This document shows, one piece after another, positions 17,296-25,632 of a stretch of DNA of 28,823 nucleotides. This stretch comes from a virus (taxonomy: Duplodnaviria; Caudoviricetes), in IMG/VR virus record IMGVR_UViG_3300012232_000041, positions 1-28,823 of that record; one strand, written 5' to 3'. How positions within the stretch are numbered: the stretch's first letter is position 1; each line of letters opens with the position of its first letter. The notes under the pieces were generated by a model that worked only from the letters and a program-made list of their open reading frames with translations, was not told the DNA's origin and searched no databases. The position numbers and the translations under genes were made by a program.

Positions 17296-18033
17296 CTAAG
17301 CCACTCGACGCATCGGGGCTTGTGGGTTACTCGATTCGCTTCCGCCATCACAGTGGAGCAAGTACTGATGGAAGTTCCCTCGGTAGACTTCCTCTACCTC
17401 ATAGGTCTTTTTGTTCACCTTGTGATGGTCGATGTTCAGATTGGGGACGATCCAAATGTCCCCGCACTTCTTGGTCCAACGATGGGCAAAGGCGTAGTCC
17501 TCGCCCCACCAAATCCCGTCGATTGCACCGTGGTTGAACAGGTCTAAAGACGAGTTGTACTTCGGCCCATACATCAGTTCAGGATAGGCGCACATGAACT
17601 TGTCTACTGCGGTAGGCGTGATCTTGAGAAAGCCAGCCGGAATCTCGTGCCCTTTGATGCATCCATCCGCACGAGTCAGAGGTCTGCCATCAGCCCCGCT
17701 GATGATGCTGCACATGTAGTGCTCGGGTTGGCCCTTATAGCGATACACCCCGCACACCACGTCGCCCTCAGTATCGAGGAGCTTGCGCATCGCAGTCGGT
17801 TCCCACGACAGGTCGTAGTCGAGGAACACAATCGCATCTGCCTTAGCATCCAAGGCCTTGCGCAGCATCATCGCTCGAGCTGCGGAGATGTAGGGATTGC
17901 CTACTTCCTCAACGTACCCCTCGGTCCAAACCCCGCCGTCAAGGACCGCTGGAAGTGAATCCTCCAGCGCCTTGACGAACGGAGCGGTCGGCCCTGCGAT
18001 GCTAGGCACGCAGAAAACAACCTTCTTGGACAC
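17296..18033 (-). CDS. GT-A fold (GT2-like) glycosyltransferase
   Basis: VVFCVP first strand, ISAAR, IVFLDYD (DxD), VVCGVY, GFLKI and GEDYAF motifs. Confidence 0.85.
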   Translation of the reverse strand: MSKKVVFCVPSIAGPTAPFVKALEDSLPAVLDGGVWTEGYVEEVGNPYISAARAMMLRKALDAKADAIVFLDYDLSWEPTAMRKLLDTEGDVVCGVYRYKGQPEHYMCSIISGADGRPLTRADGCIKGHEIPAGFLKITPTAVDKFMCAYPELMYGPKYNSSLDLFNHGAIDGIWWGEDYAFAHRWTKKCGDIWIVPNLNIDHHKVNKKTYEVEEVYRGNFHQYLLHCDGGSESSNPQAPMRRVA

Positions 18034-18273
18034 TTACGCGGCGCCCTTCCAGAGACCGAGACCCGTCAACGTAGCAGTCACCTCGACCGCCCACGCTGCC
18101 TGCGTCGTACCCCAGTCCGTTGAGGTAGCCGAGACGCCAGAACCGCTTTGAAGCGCAGCGGCCCGTTGAGTCACCGGAGTGAAGCCGTAGAACGCGATCT
18201 TGTCCGTGGCCGCCCCACCAAAATGGGCACCGTCCACACTGCCGTAATCAATTCGCTCGTATGTCGTTGGCAT
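18034..18273 (-). CDS. small capsid-associated protein (79 aa)
   Basis: Directly after the coat gene; G....DKIAFYG.TP..Q...L..LGL.KG pattern. Confidence 0.7.
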   Translation of the reverse strand: MPTTYERIDYGSVDGAHFGGAATDKIAFYGFTPVTQRAAALQSGSGVSATSTDWGTTQAAWAVEVTATLTGLGLWKGAA

Positions 18274-18285
18274 GAAAGATACCCC

Positions 18286-19485
18286 TTAGGTGCAGTTGAT
18301 ACGGCAAGCCCATTCGGGCCGCAGAACCTTGTAGCCATAAAGAACGTCAATACGCATCAGGAGCTCGTCATTCCGAATGTCCGAGCCTTTCCACACGCGA
18401 ACCGACATTCCTTCCTCTTGCCTCACCGTACACTGCGCGGCATCCGCCATGACCGGCAAATCTGCCGTCACGAACGCAGCGAAGTCCTTGTGATAGGCAA
18501 GGGCGTTCTTGTACGAAGTCGAAGCGAGACCGAACAGCGTCACCGCTTCCGTCGTGACCGGCAACACCGACACGTTCTGCTTCGCACCCGACGTGATGTA
18601 CGCCGGCGCAAACGTCGCAGAGTTGGTGAACGAAGCATTGGCCACGAACTGCTGAAGGTGCGAGTAAGCCACCTTGGTCTCAGGATGCACGGAGTAGACC
18701 GGTGCAGTACCAGCTAGGCCCAACGTGAACACCGTTCCCAGCGTGACGTTACCACCCGCCCAGGTCATTGCCACATCGCCCGATGCGATTGAGGCATCGT
18801 TCATGGTGACCGTGGTGTGATCCGAGCCGTTCGTGTGGACGTAGATGCGCTCGTTCTCGTACCAGTCCATACCCGCACCGCGCGAGTAGTAACCCTCGAG
18901 GAACGACTCCTTGACCTGCGAACCATCATGGAACAGCGCTTTGTTGCCGTTCACGATAGAAGCCATCGTCACGGAGTCGATCTGCATCGACCGATTGTCC
19001 TGCGGCGCGAGGTACTGATTGAGCTTGGCCCTGGCTTGACCAATCATGCTCGTGTCACCCGATGCGCCCGGAACCGTACCTGCGGAGCCTACATGGTTCC
19101 AAACCGCTTGCGTCGCCCCCTGAAGAACCGTGCCCTCAATGCTCGAAATCAGTACTGAGGTGGCAGGTTCAACGTACCGCTCCGCAAACTTGTCGATGGA
19201 TAGCGCCAACTCCGAGGAGTTGAACCGCATATCAACACCGACCTGCGTTGCCACAGTGATTGTCTGCGTCGTTTCGTCTTGGTCCTGAACGTCCATCACA
19301 CGACCGGAACGAACCGAGTACTGGTTCGGGCTCATCACGCGCAATGTGCTGCCGTGCTTCGCGCCCGACCCGAAGTAGCTGTTGTCGTACTGTCTGGAGA
19401 TGGTGCCTGTGAACGTGGCCTTCTCGTGTGCGATCCGAAGGATCTCACGAGCGACCAAATCCGTGGTAACTAGCGTCTGCGTCAT
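18286..19485 (-). CDS. major capsid protein, P22 gp5 family
   Basis: 399 aa; I.RQYD..Y...GAK.G.TL, LAYHKDF.AFVTADL and RIDVLYGYK.LRPEWACR motifs. Confidence 0.93.
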   Translation of the reverse strand: MTQTLVTTDLVAREILRIAHEKATFTGTISRQYDNSYFGSGAKHGSTLRVMSPNQYSVRSGRVMDVQDQDETTQTITVATQVGVDMRFNSSELALSIDKFAERYVEPATSVLISSIEGTVLQGATQAVWNHVGSAGTVPGASGDTSMIGQARAKLNQYLAPQDNRSMQIDSVTMASIVNGNKALFHDGSQVKESFLEGYYSRGAGMDWYENERIYVHTNGSDHTTVTMNDASIASGDVAMTWAGGNVTLGTVFTLGLAGTAPVYSVHPETKVAYSHLQQFVANASFTNSATFAPAYITSGAKQNVSVLPVTTEAVTLFGLASTSYKNALAYHKDFAAFVTADLPVMADAAQCTVRQEEGMSVRVWKGSDIRNDELLMRIDVLYGYKVLRPEWACRINCT

Positions 19486-19498
19486 TTAAGAAAACCCC

Positions 19499-20353
19499 TT
19501 AACTCGTGGCACTCCATCCCTTTCGGGATGAAATTTGCTTTGCCCGCCACTTTCGGTACTGAGCAGTCGTCATTTGGGACGGCTCTTGCTCAACATTCCC
19601 GGCGTCAGATCCTTCGATCTTCGGCACAGGTGGCGGGGCCTTGCTGAGCGAGGTTTTTGCTTTAGCGGCTGCAGCGCGTTCGTACTTCAAACGCTCCGCC
19701 AGTGCTCCAAGCTCATAGGCGGCGACAGAGGGCGGTAACGCCGAAAGACTCGTAGCGATATCCGGATTCTTTCCGAGGTGGTAAGCGAGCTCCGGTCCTT
19801 GCTCCGCCCGAATCACCATTTCGGCGATCTGGTCGGATATAGGTGCGTAGTTCGCTATCTCGTTGAAATCCGGCTTGTCCTTCGCGTATTCCTTCACCCG
19901 TTTCGTGTACTCGGCAAGCTCAGACTGCTTTCGCTGCTGCTCTTGCTCGGCTCTCAGCTCACGCTTTGCAGCCTCCGTGGCTGCCTTGGCCGCGTTCTGA
20001 GAGATGTACGCCTGATGCTGTGACTCGTCGAAGTTGAAATCGGCCAGGGTCTTCACTTTCTCCGCCATCGGAGTCGGTGGAACCTCGACCGGCCTCTGCT
20101 TCTCTCGAATGGCTAGATCGCGCCAATGATCACGATCCCGCTCAGCATCTCGCCGTAACCTCGTCAGTTCCGCAAAACGCTCATTGAGCCGATTGGTTTC
20201 GGGCTCAATAGTCTCGCTAGTTTTGCTCTGTGTAGCGGCCGGTGATGGGGCGGCTTCGTTTTCCGTCTTCGACTCGGCACCATCCGGTTGAGCTGAAGGG
20301 GAACTTACGTCTGCATCAATTTGAGGCGCAAGCGCCTCCGGTGTCGTTGACAT
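19499..20353 (-). CDS. capsid scaffolding protein
   Basis: Acidic/Pro N-terminus, coiled coil, GPELAYHLGKNP, SKAPPP and basic C-terminal helix; directly upstream of the coat gene. Confidence 0.88.
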   Translation of the reverse strand: MSTTPEALAPQIDADVSSPSAQPDGAESKTENEAAPSPAATQSKTSETIEPETNRLNERFAELTRLRRDAERDRDHWRDLAIREKQRPVEVPPTPMAEKVKTLADFNFDESQHQAYISQNAAKAATEAAKRELRAEQEQQRKQSELAEYTKRVKEYAKDKPDFNEIANYAPISDQIAEMVIRAEQGPELAYHLGKNPDIATSLSALPPSVAAYELGALAERLKYERAAAAKAKTSLSKAPPPVPKIEGSDAGNVEQEPSQMTTAQYRKWRAKQISSRKGWSATS

Positions 20354-20382
20354 AGGTGGCGCCCTCTCGAGCGAATTGAAGC

Positions 20383-20400
20383 CCGATGAATTCGCATCGG
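20383..20400 (-). promoter_or_regulatory. stem-loop CCGATG-N6-CATCGG in the scaffold gene leader
   Basis: Perfect 6-bp inverted repeat about 30 nt upstream of the scaffold ATG. Confidence 0.45.
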
Positions 20401-20413
20401 TACGATTGACGAA

Positions 20414-20442
20414 AACTTAGCCTATTCAGCTAACTATTGCAA
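20414..20442 (-). promoter_or_regulatory. sigma70-like promoter TTGCAA-N17-TAAGTT reading into scaffold/coat
   Basis: -35 at 20442-20437 and -10 at 20419-20414, 17-bp spacer, in the largest intergenic gap of the late operon. Confidence 0.5.
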
Positions 20443-21420
20443 TCACCTGAGCGCCGACTTGATTGCAGCAGGGTCTAGCGCCCTTAATTCATCGTATACG
20501 GATGATTCATCCCACGGTATGTTGTCAACCGCATTGGTCGGATTGGACTGTGCCCCCTTGAACGTAAGCCCCTTATAGCCATGTTCCTTTAGCACTTGCT
20601 GGACGTAAGGATCATCAGCAAAAACGTGAGCTGGCAGTACCCGTGTCCTCACGTCATCCTCTGCTGCATCCCAGTATTTGCCGTATTTCCCAACCCATCC
20701 CTGGAAATACACCTCGCGCTCGTCAATCCCCAGCTCTTTCAGAGCTGCCGATACTTGCTTGGGCGTCATGCCAGTTTGAGTACCGTGAGCGCCTTGAAAC
20801 TTGCTCAAGTCGAAAGCATCGCCTTCAAACGTGTAAGGCGCTACGTTCCCTCCCTGATCGTACCCCTTAGGCCTGGCGCCGAATCCATATAGGTTATCGG
20901 CATCAGGATTCATCGCATAATCACTAGCCACCTTGGGATCGCTAGCAAACGATGGGGCGCGCCCTCCGGCCGTTGCCGAGAACGGTTCATCCGAAGCTTT
21001 AGCGCCCACCTGCCCCCTAAACCACTTCTTAATAGGTCCAGAGGTCACATCAACGCTCGGCTGGTCGGTTTCCGGGATTGCACCTTTCCCTAGCGCCCTT
21101 GAGAGTGCATAGGCGTCTAACGAGACGTTACCGGCAAAGTTCATCGCTTCAGGAACCATCTGGCTCTCTGGAATCCTGCCCTGTAACGCACGTCCAGGAG
21201 CAGTAAAGGCGTTGTAAGCGCCAGCAACAATACCCGGCAATGCCCATTCGTTGGTGCCCATCATCGGGTAGTTAGTCTCACGCAAGGGCAGCAGGTTATA
21301 CCAACCCTCCATCGGAAGGGCTGCGCTAGGACCAGTCATTAGGGACTTGAGCCAGCTACGCTTGGATGGTGACTGCTCTGGCAGCACATTCCGCTTCACC
21401 AGAGAATTCGGCTTCGCCAC
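20443..21420 (-). CDS. putative ADP-ribosyltransferase (ART-PolyVal-like) protein
   Basis: WFRG...SFASDPKVASDYA...GNVAPY...L...GYKG...DELRALDPAAIKS pattern; GTG overlaps the portal stop. Confidence 0.65.
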   Translation of the reverse strand: MAKPNSLVKRNVLPEQSPSKRSWLKSLMTGPSAALPMEGWYNLLPLRETNYPMMGTNEWALPGIVAGAYNAFTAPGRALQGRIPESQMVPEAMNFAGNVSLDAYALSRALGKGAIPETDQPSVDVTSGPIKKWFRGQVGAKASDEPFSATAGGRAPSFASDPKVASDYAMNPDADNLYGFGARPKGYDQGGNVAPYTFEGDAFDLSKFQGAHGTQTGMTPKQVSAALKELGIDEREVYFQGWVGKYGKYWDAAEDDVRTRVLPAHVFADDPYVQQVLKEHGYKGLTFKGAQSNPTNAVDNIPWDESSVYDELRALDPAAIKSALR

Positions 21421-23705
21421 TACTGCACCGATTCGTTCTCGTACACCGGCACGGCCGATGTCTGTCCGTTGACTTTGACCATATCGACTCGCAGTAGCTT
21501 GGGCTTGGGTGGAATGACTAGCACGGGTTGCGCCTTCGCTTGCATGTCGGCCATGGTCTGCACTGACTGGTGCATGAACTCCGCGACTTGAGTGTTGACC
21601 TCAGCCAACGACTGCGCGACTTGCGTGCTCAACTGCTCACGTTCATTCGAGAGCTGATCCTCGCCGGCCATCTTCTCAACGTCCATCGACCGTTGCGACA
21701 ATCCAGCCTCGGCCTTGGCGAAGTTCGCATCGGCTTTAGCTACTTGAGCTTCAAACTGCGCACGCTGAGTCTTCAAGTCGGCAATGGCAGTTCTAACCTG
21801 AGCTTCGGCTTTCTCGGCCTCGGCTTTCTTCTGCTCAGCTTCCGCCGCAGCCGCTTGAACTGTTTGCCCCAACTGCTGGACCTGAGCCATTGCTTGCTGG
21901 ACTTGCGCCATGCCTTGAGCGACCTCTGGAGGGACTTTCTTGTCCTTTTGGATAATCTGCTGAATTTGCGGCGGTAGCGTTGCTTTAACCCGCTCAGAGA
22001 TCTCGTCCGCATACGGTGCATCCATGGCTTTGAAGAACAAATCCCCCGCTACTTGCTGCAACATGGGGTTATTCGAGAACAGCTCCCCGTAAACCTCAAC
22101 CGCTTCCTGACGCTTGGTCGAGAAGTTCGGGCCTACGGTGATAGTTACGTCGAACTTGCCACGCGAGACGTCGTTGAGCTTTTGCAGCGTGCCTGTAACC
22201 GGGTCAACCTCACCAGGCACGGGTTCGTTGATCTGCACGTAGCTATCAGTCCCGTCCGCGCCCAATACCCTCAAAGCTCTAGGCGTGTCGTAAATCTCCG
22301 GTATCAGGTCGAGGAATATCTCGTGCGTCCGCTGCACGCTTTTTGCCATGTTGTCCTGGAAGTTGAAGGTAGCTATCTCGCCTTGCTGCTGAGTGGCGAT
22401 GATCGCTCGGCCGGACTTCGCTCCCGGTATGCGATCCCCGACATTGGTCTGGTAGATGCCCGAGGTGGAGTTGAGCAGCTCTGAGGCTTTCGTACCGAGC
22501 TCGAGCATGGCGATTGGTAGCTCGGGGCCGCCAGTCCTTGCAGGAGGACCGGGCGAGCCTGGATCGGCGTTGTACAAGGCAAAGGGATACCCTTGCTTGA
22601 ACGCCTCTGTAATGCCCTTCTCGTGCCCTTCCGCTTGCTTGGCGGTCATCCAATACGGGGCCTGCAACCACCTCGCTGTGGCTTCCATCGCTGCGGTATT
22701 CGTCAGGTTCAGGTTGCGCTGTGCGTCCTTGCTAAACCTCGGCAGACCCCAGTACTGCCACTTACCGTCGATAATCATCTGCTCGCCGAACACGACCACG
22801 AACCGATGCTGTTTTCCAGCGCACACCTTAGGCTTCTCGAGGATCGCATCACCCGAGACAATGCACATCATGATTCGATGCGTCTTGACCTCGCGCTCGT
22901 CGATGATCTGGACGGCTTCAAGCCCATCCTCTTTCTCTAGCTCGTCACGCTCGATCACCCGACCGTCTGAGAGCTTAACGACCGTGACCGTTACAGGCTC
23001 CTTGTACCAGTACTCCGCTACACGGACGTCATCCTCGGTCGCCCAGTCGTGCTCGTCATCGAACTCGTTACCCTCGAAGCTCACGGGCTCTCTATCGGGG
23101 TACTTCGCTTCGTAAGCCTTCTTGCTGATCCGATTGTCGAGAATCCAGTCCTCTGCGTCACGTTTCAACGGGTCTCTAGCCGCCTCATCCCAATGCAAAC
23201 AGAACGGATTGGGGATCGACTCGACGTAAATGTCCTGTTCGAAAGACTTGTCAGATTGGTACTCGGTCACGACACGCCAAGCACCGAACCCGCCACCTAC
23301 TTGGAAGTCCCCCGCATTGTCGATAATCGTGTCAGCGTCCGACGTGTTCCAAATGTTCCGGGTTAACCCCTCGATGATATCGGCCATCTGCTTGTCGGCG
23401 TCCTCATACCCTCTCACCTTGGCTTGGGGACGATTGGCCCGCATGTCGTTAATGATGCGCTTGCACTTGATGCGCAGCTCGTTGAACTCGTAGCAGGGTC
23501 TAGCGCCCCGCTCCTTGGTCATGTTCGTGTCCCACTGAGCGCCGGGCTCGTTCACGAACTTGAGGTCTGCCATGGCTTTCTTACGGTTGGTCTGGTCCGC
23601 GTCGGCCATGGACTTGTAACGCCGACGAACCCTAGCGACTAGCTCGGTGCTTTCGTTGCGCTTGGGCTTGTCGCCCTCGGTCTTAGCGGCTTTCTTGCGT
23701 GCCAT
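21420..23705 (-). CDS. portal protein, P22 gp1-like, with C-terminal coiled-coil barrel
   Basis: DLKF....QW, RPCYEFN, GGGFGAWRV, VRVAEYWYK, KDAQR..N, SGRAI..QQQGE and GKFDVTITVGP...TKRQE motifs. Confidence 0.95.
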   Translation of the reverse strand: MARKKAAKTEGDKPKRNESTELVARVRRRYKSMADADQTNRKKAMADLKFVNEPGAQWDTNMTKERGARPCYEFNELRIKCKRIINDMRANRPQAKVRGYEDADKQMADIIEGLTRNIWNTSDADTIIDNAGDFQVGGGFGAWRVVTEYQSDKSFEQDIYVESIPNPFCLHWDEAARDPLKRDAEDWILDNRISKKAYEAKYPDREPVSFEGNEFDDEHDWATEDDVRVAEYWYKEPVTVTVVKLSDGRVIERDELEKEDGLEAVQIIDEREVKTHRIMMCIVSGDAILEKPKVCAGKQHRFVVVFGEQMIIDGKWQYWGLPRFSKDAQRNLNLTNTAAMEATARWLQAPYWMTAKQAEGHEKGITEAFKQGYPFALYNADPGSPGPPARTGGPELPIAMLELGTKASELLNSTSGIYQTNVGDRIPGAKSGRAIIATQQQGEIATFNFQDNMAKSVQRTHEIFLDLIPEIYDTPRALRVLGADGTDSYVQINEPVPGEVDPVTGTLQKLNDVSRGKFDVTITVGPNFSTKRQEAVEVYGELFSNNPMLQQVAGDLFFKAMDAPYADEISERVKATLPPQIQQIIQKDKKVPPEVAQGMAQVQQAMAQVQQLGQTVQAAAAEAEQKKAEAEKAEAQVRTAIADLKTQRAQFEAQVAKADANFAKAEAGLSQRSMDVEKMAGEDQLSNEREQLSTQVAQSLAEVNTQVAEFMHQSVQTMADMQAKAQPVLVIPPKPKLLRVDMVKVNGQTSAVPVYENESVQ

Positions 23706-23708
23706 GTG

Positions 23709-24977
23709 TCACCCTGCCCAAGCTCGTCTAAAACCCGCGTACGGATCGCCAGCCTTGTGCGTGTCGTTGGTCATCTGATCCGCCACTATTGCCAAGTATC
23801 GTGTGCCGTCAGCACCGTGGGACTCGTCGTCGTGAACTGGGTTTGAGGCTTGTCCTTCTGCGTTGACTCGTCGCCGATATCTTCCCAGTCGATTGACCAG
23901 TTCACTAGCGTTTGCTTTGTCCACGTAGAACCGGCTAAAGACTTCGCGAGTCTTTCGGATGCCTTGCTCAACACCGATATCAGGAACGATCTCCACAGTC
24001 CAACCCAAAGCTGTGAACTGCTCCTCGGCACTTGAACCCGTAACATGCTTTTGCTTCCCGTCGTGTGGCAAATAGACCTTGCCGTAGTTCAACTTGAGCC
24101 CTTGGAGTTCCTGGCTGTAGCTCGGAATATAGCGCATACGGTCCTCGATGTACCGAATGACGCGAATCTCCGAGGCTAAGCGTTGCACGAGGATCAAGGA
24201 CATATAGTCGTTGTAGCCTAGATCACAGACGACGTGTACTCGTAGCATGGGGTCATAAGGCACGTTACAGAGCCTGCCTGACTGCCTGAGAGCAGACACT
24301 TCCTTGTAGTAGATCGCGCCCTCAATCGCTGGCCTACAAAGCCCACCGTAGATATGCGCGTAGTCGTCCGGACTTTCCTTCTGCATCCGTTCCCGAGCTT
24401 TGTCGAGAACGGTGGACCTCCAAGGGTTATCGTCCCAGTTGATGTTGACCGCTACGACTTCAGGACTCGGATGCACAACGAAACGCTGGTAGGTCTCGTC
24501 TGTGTCCATCTCAGGGTTAAAACTCGCCCAAATCTCTGAGGCGGGCTTACGGATGGTCGGTTCCAAGATATCCCACGAGCGTTTAGAGACTGACTGCGCC
24601 TCTTCAACCCAAGCACGGTCTAAGCCTTCCCACGACTTGATCGACTCGCGTGTCTGAGCTGACAGACCAGCAAAGCCAAAGGTTGTACCGTTCTTGCCTC
24701 GAATCTCGGTGGCTAGAACGTCGTAGAACTTGCCAAGGCCAAGCTCCTGAATCTGGTTACTAAGCAGTTGGTGTACTGAGTCCTTGATGGACTTCTGGAC
24801 CTCACGGAAGCATCCAATCTGTAACGGTTCGCTGGCGCCTTCGAGCAGCAGAGCACGAGCGATTGACCAAGACTTAGCACCATCCCGACCGCCGTATAGA
24901 ACCTTGAACCGCGCGGGATGGAACAGGAATCCGCACTTCTCGGGGAATTGGTACTTAACTTCCGGTTGGGCGGACAA
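23709..24977 (-). CDS. terL: terminase large subunit (PBSX/SPP1-like)
   Basis: Walker A YGGRDGAKS, REVQKSI..SV, Walker B AWVEEAQ, SFNP, nuclease motifs DLG..D and SHGAD..RY. Confidence 0.95.
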   Translation of the reverse strand: MSAQPEVKYQFPEKCGFLFHPARFKVLYGGRDGAKSWSIARALLLEGASEPLQIGCFREVQKSIKDSVHQLLSNQIQELGLGKFYDVLATEIRGKNGTTFGFAGLSAQTRESIKSWEGLDRAWVEEAQSVSKRSWDILEPTIRKPASEIWASFNPEMDTDETYQRFVVHPSPEVVAVNINWDDNPWRSTVLDKARERMQKESPDDYAHIYGGLCRPAIEGAIYYKEVSALRQSGRLCNVPYDPMLRVHVVCDLGYNDYMSLILVQRLASEIRVIRYIEDRMRYIPSYSQELQGLKLNYGKVYLPHDGKQKHVTGSSAEEQFTALGWTVEIVPDIGVEQGIRKTREVFSRFYVDKANASELVNRLGRYRRRVNAEGQASNPVHDDESHGADGTRYLAIVADQMTNDTHKAGDPYAGFRRAWAG

Positions 24978-25251
24978 GGTCGATTATCCCGGAAGTCTTG
25001 ACGTTGATTGGGTCTTCGTCGTTGTCTCCAATGAGAGTTTGAGCAGGCTTGCCGTCAATCCTGTCACCGAATTCCCTCAAAGCCGCGAGATCACCAGCCG
25101 CTACAAGCTCTAACAGCTTCTCGGCTAGAGCGTCGATTTCCTTGAGACCATCAAGCCTTGATGTTGTGCGTTTCTCTAACGCTCGCTCGATAGCAGCACG
25201 CCATAAGCGTTTGTTCTTCGCGTTCTGATTACCGAGAGGTGCGCCAGCCAT
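24955..25251 (-). CDS. terS: terminase small subunit
   Basis: GAP.GN.NA N-terminus and GDLAA.RE..DR.DGKPAQ motif; overlaps the terL start. Confidence 0.8.
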   Translation of the reverse strand: MAGAPLGNQNAKNKRLWRAAIERALEKRTTSRLDGLKEIDALAEKLLELVAAGDLAALREFGDRIDGKPAQTLIGDNDEDPINVKTSGIIDLVRPTGS

Positions 25252-25284
25252 TGTGTTTAATGCATGACTTTGAATATATGCGCA

Positions 25285-25632
25285 TTATGGCGAGCCATAG
25301 AGGTTACTTACCTTCCATCGAATCGACTGCCGATACTGAGTCACGAGCCCTTCGTCTGCCATGACGGTGAGTTGTTTCACTTCGGTTTCGTTCGAGTCGG
25401 CGATGATGTCGTTCTGAGTTGAGGTCACGTCAATGTCTACGCTTGCTCCGGGAGTGACTGAGGTCCAGTCGGCTATCTGTGTGCTCGTAGTCAGGCAATC
25501 GAGGCGATACTTGACAGTCGTTGGCGTGCTGGCTGATTTGGTCTCACGATCTCTGAAGTAAGCTGTAGCTGACAAAGCCGAACCCTCGCTCACCGAAGGA
25601 CGAAGAATCAGTATCTCGATTTGATTGGCCAT
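25285..25632 (-). CDS. stand-alone 115-aa paralogue of the tailspike N-terminal domain
   Basis: Ungapped alignment to residues 1-115 of both tailspikes (FRDR, YR.DCL, WTSV, N.II, QL.V..D.GL..Q, WKV). Confidence 0.85.
   Translation of the reverse strand: MANQIEILILRPSVSEGSALSATAYFRDRETKSASTPTTVKYRLDCLTTSTQIADWTSVTPGASVDIDVTSTQNDIIADSNETEVKQLTVMADEGLVTQYRQSIRWKVSNLYGSP

Noticed and set aside
4310-23642. Long + strand ORFs (e.g. 4310-4882, 14095-14796, 18148-18717, 22456-23115)
   Set aside because: Antisense shadows of well-supported - strand genes in GC-rich DNA
24955-25284. pac site in or near terS
   Set aside because: Plausible for a headful-type terminase but not identifiable from sequence alone
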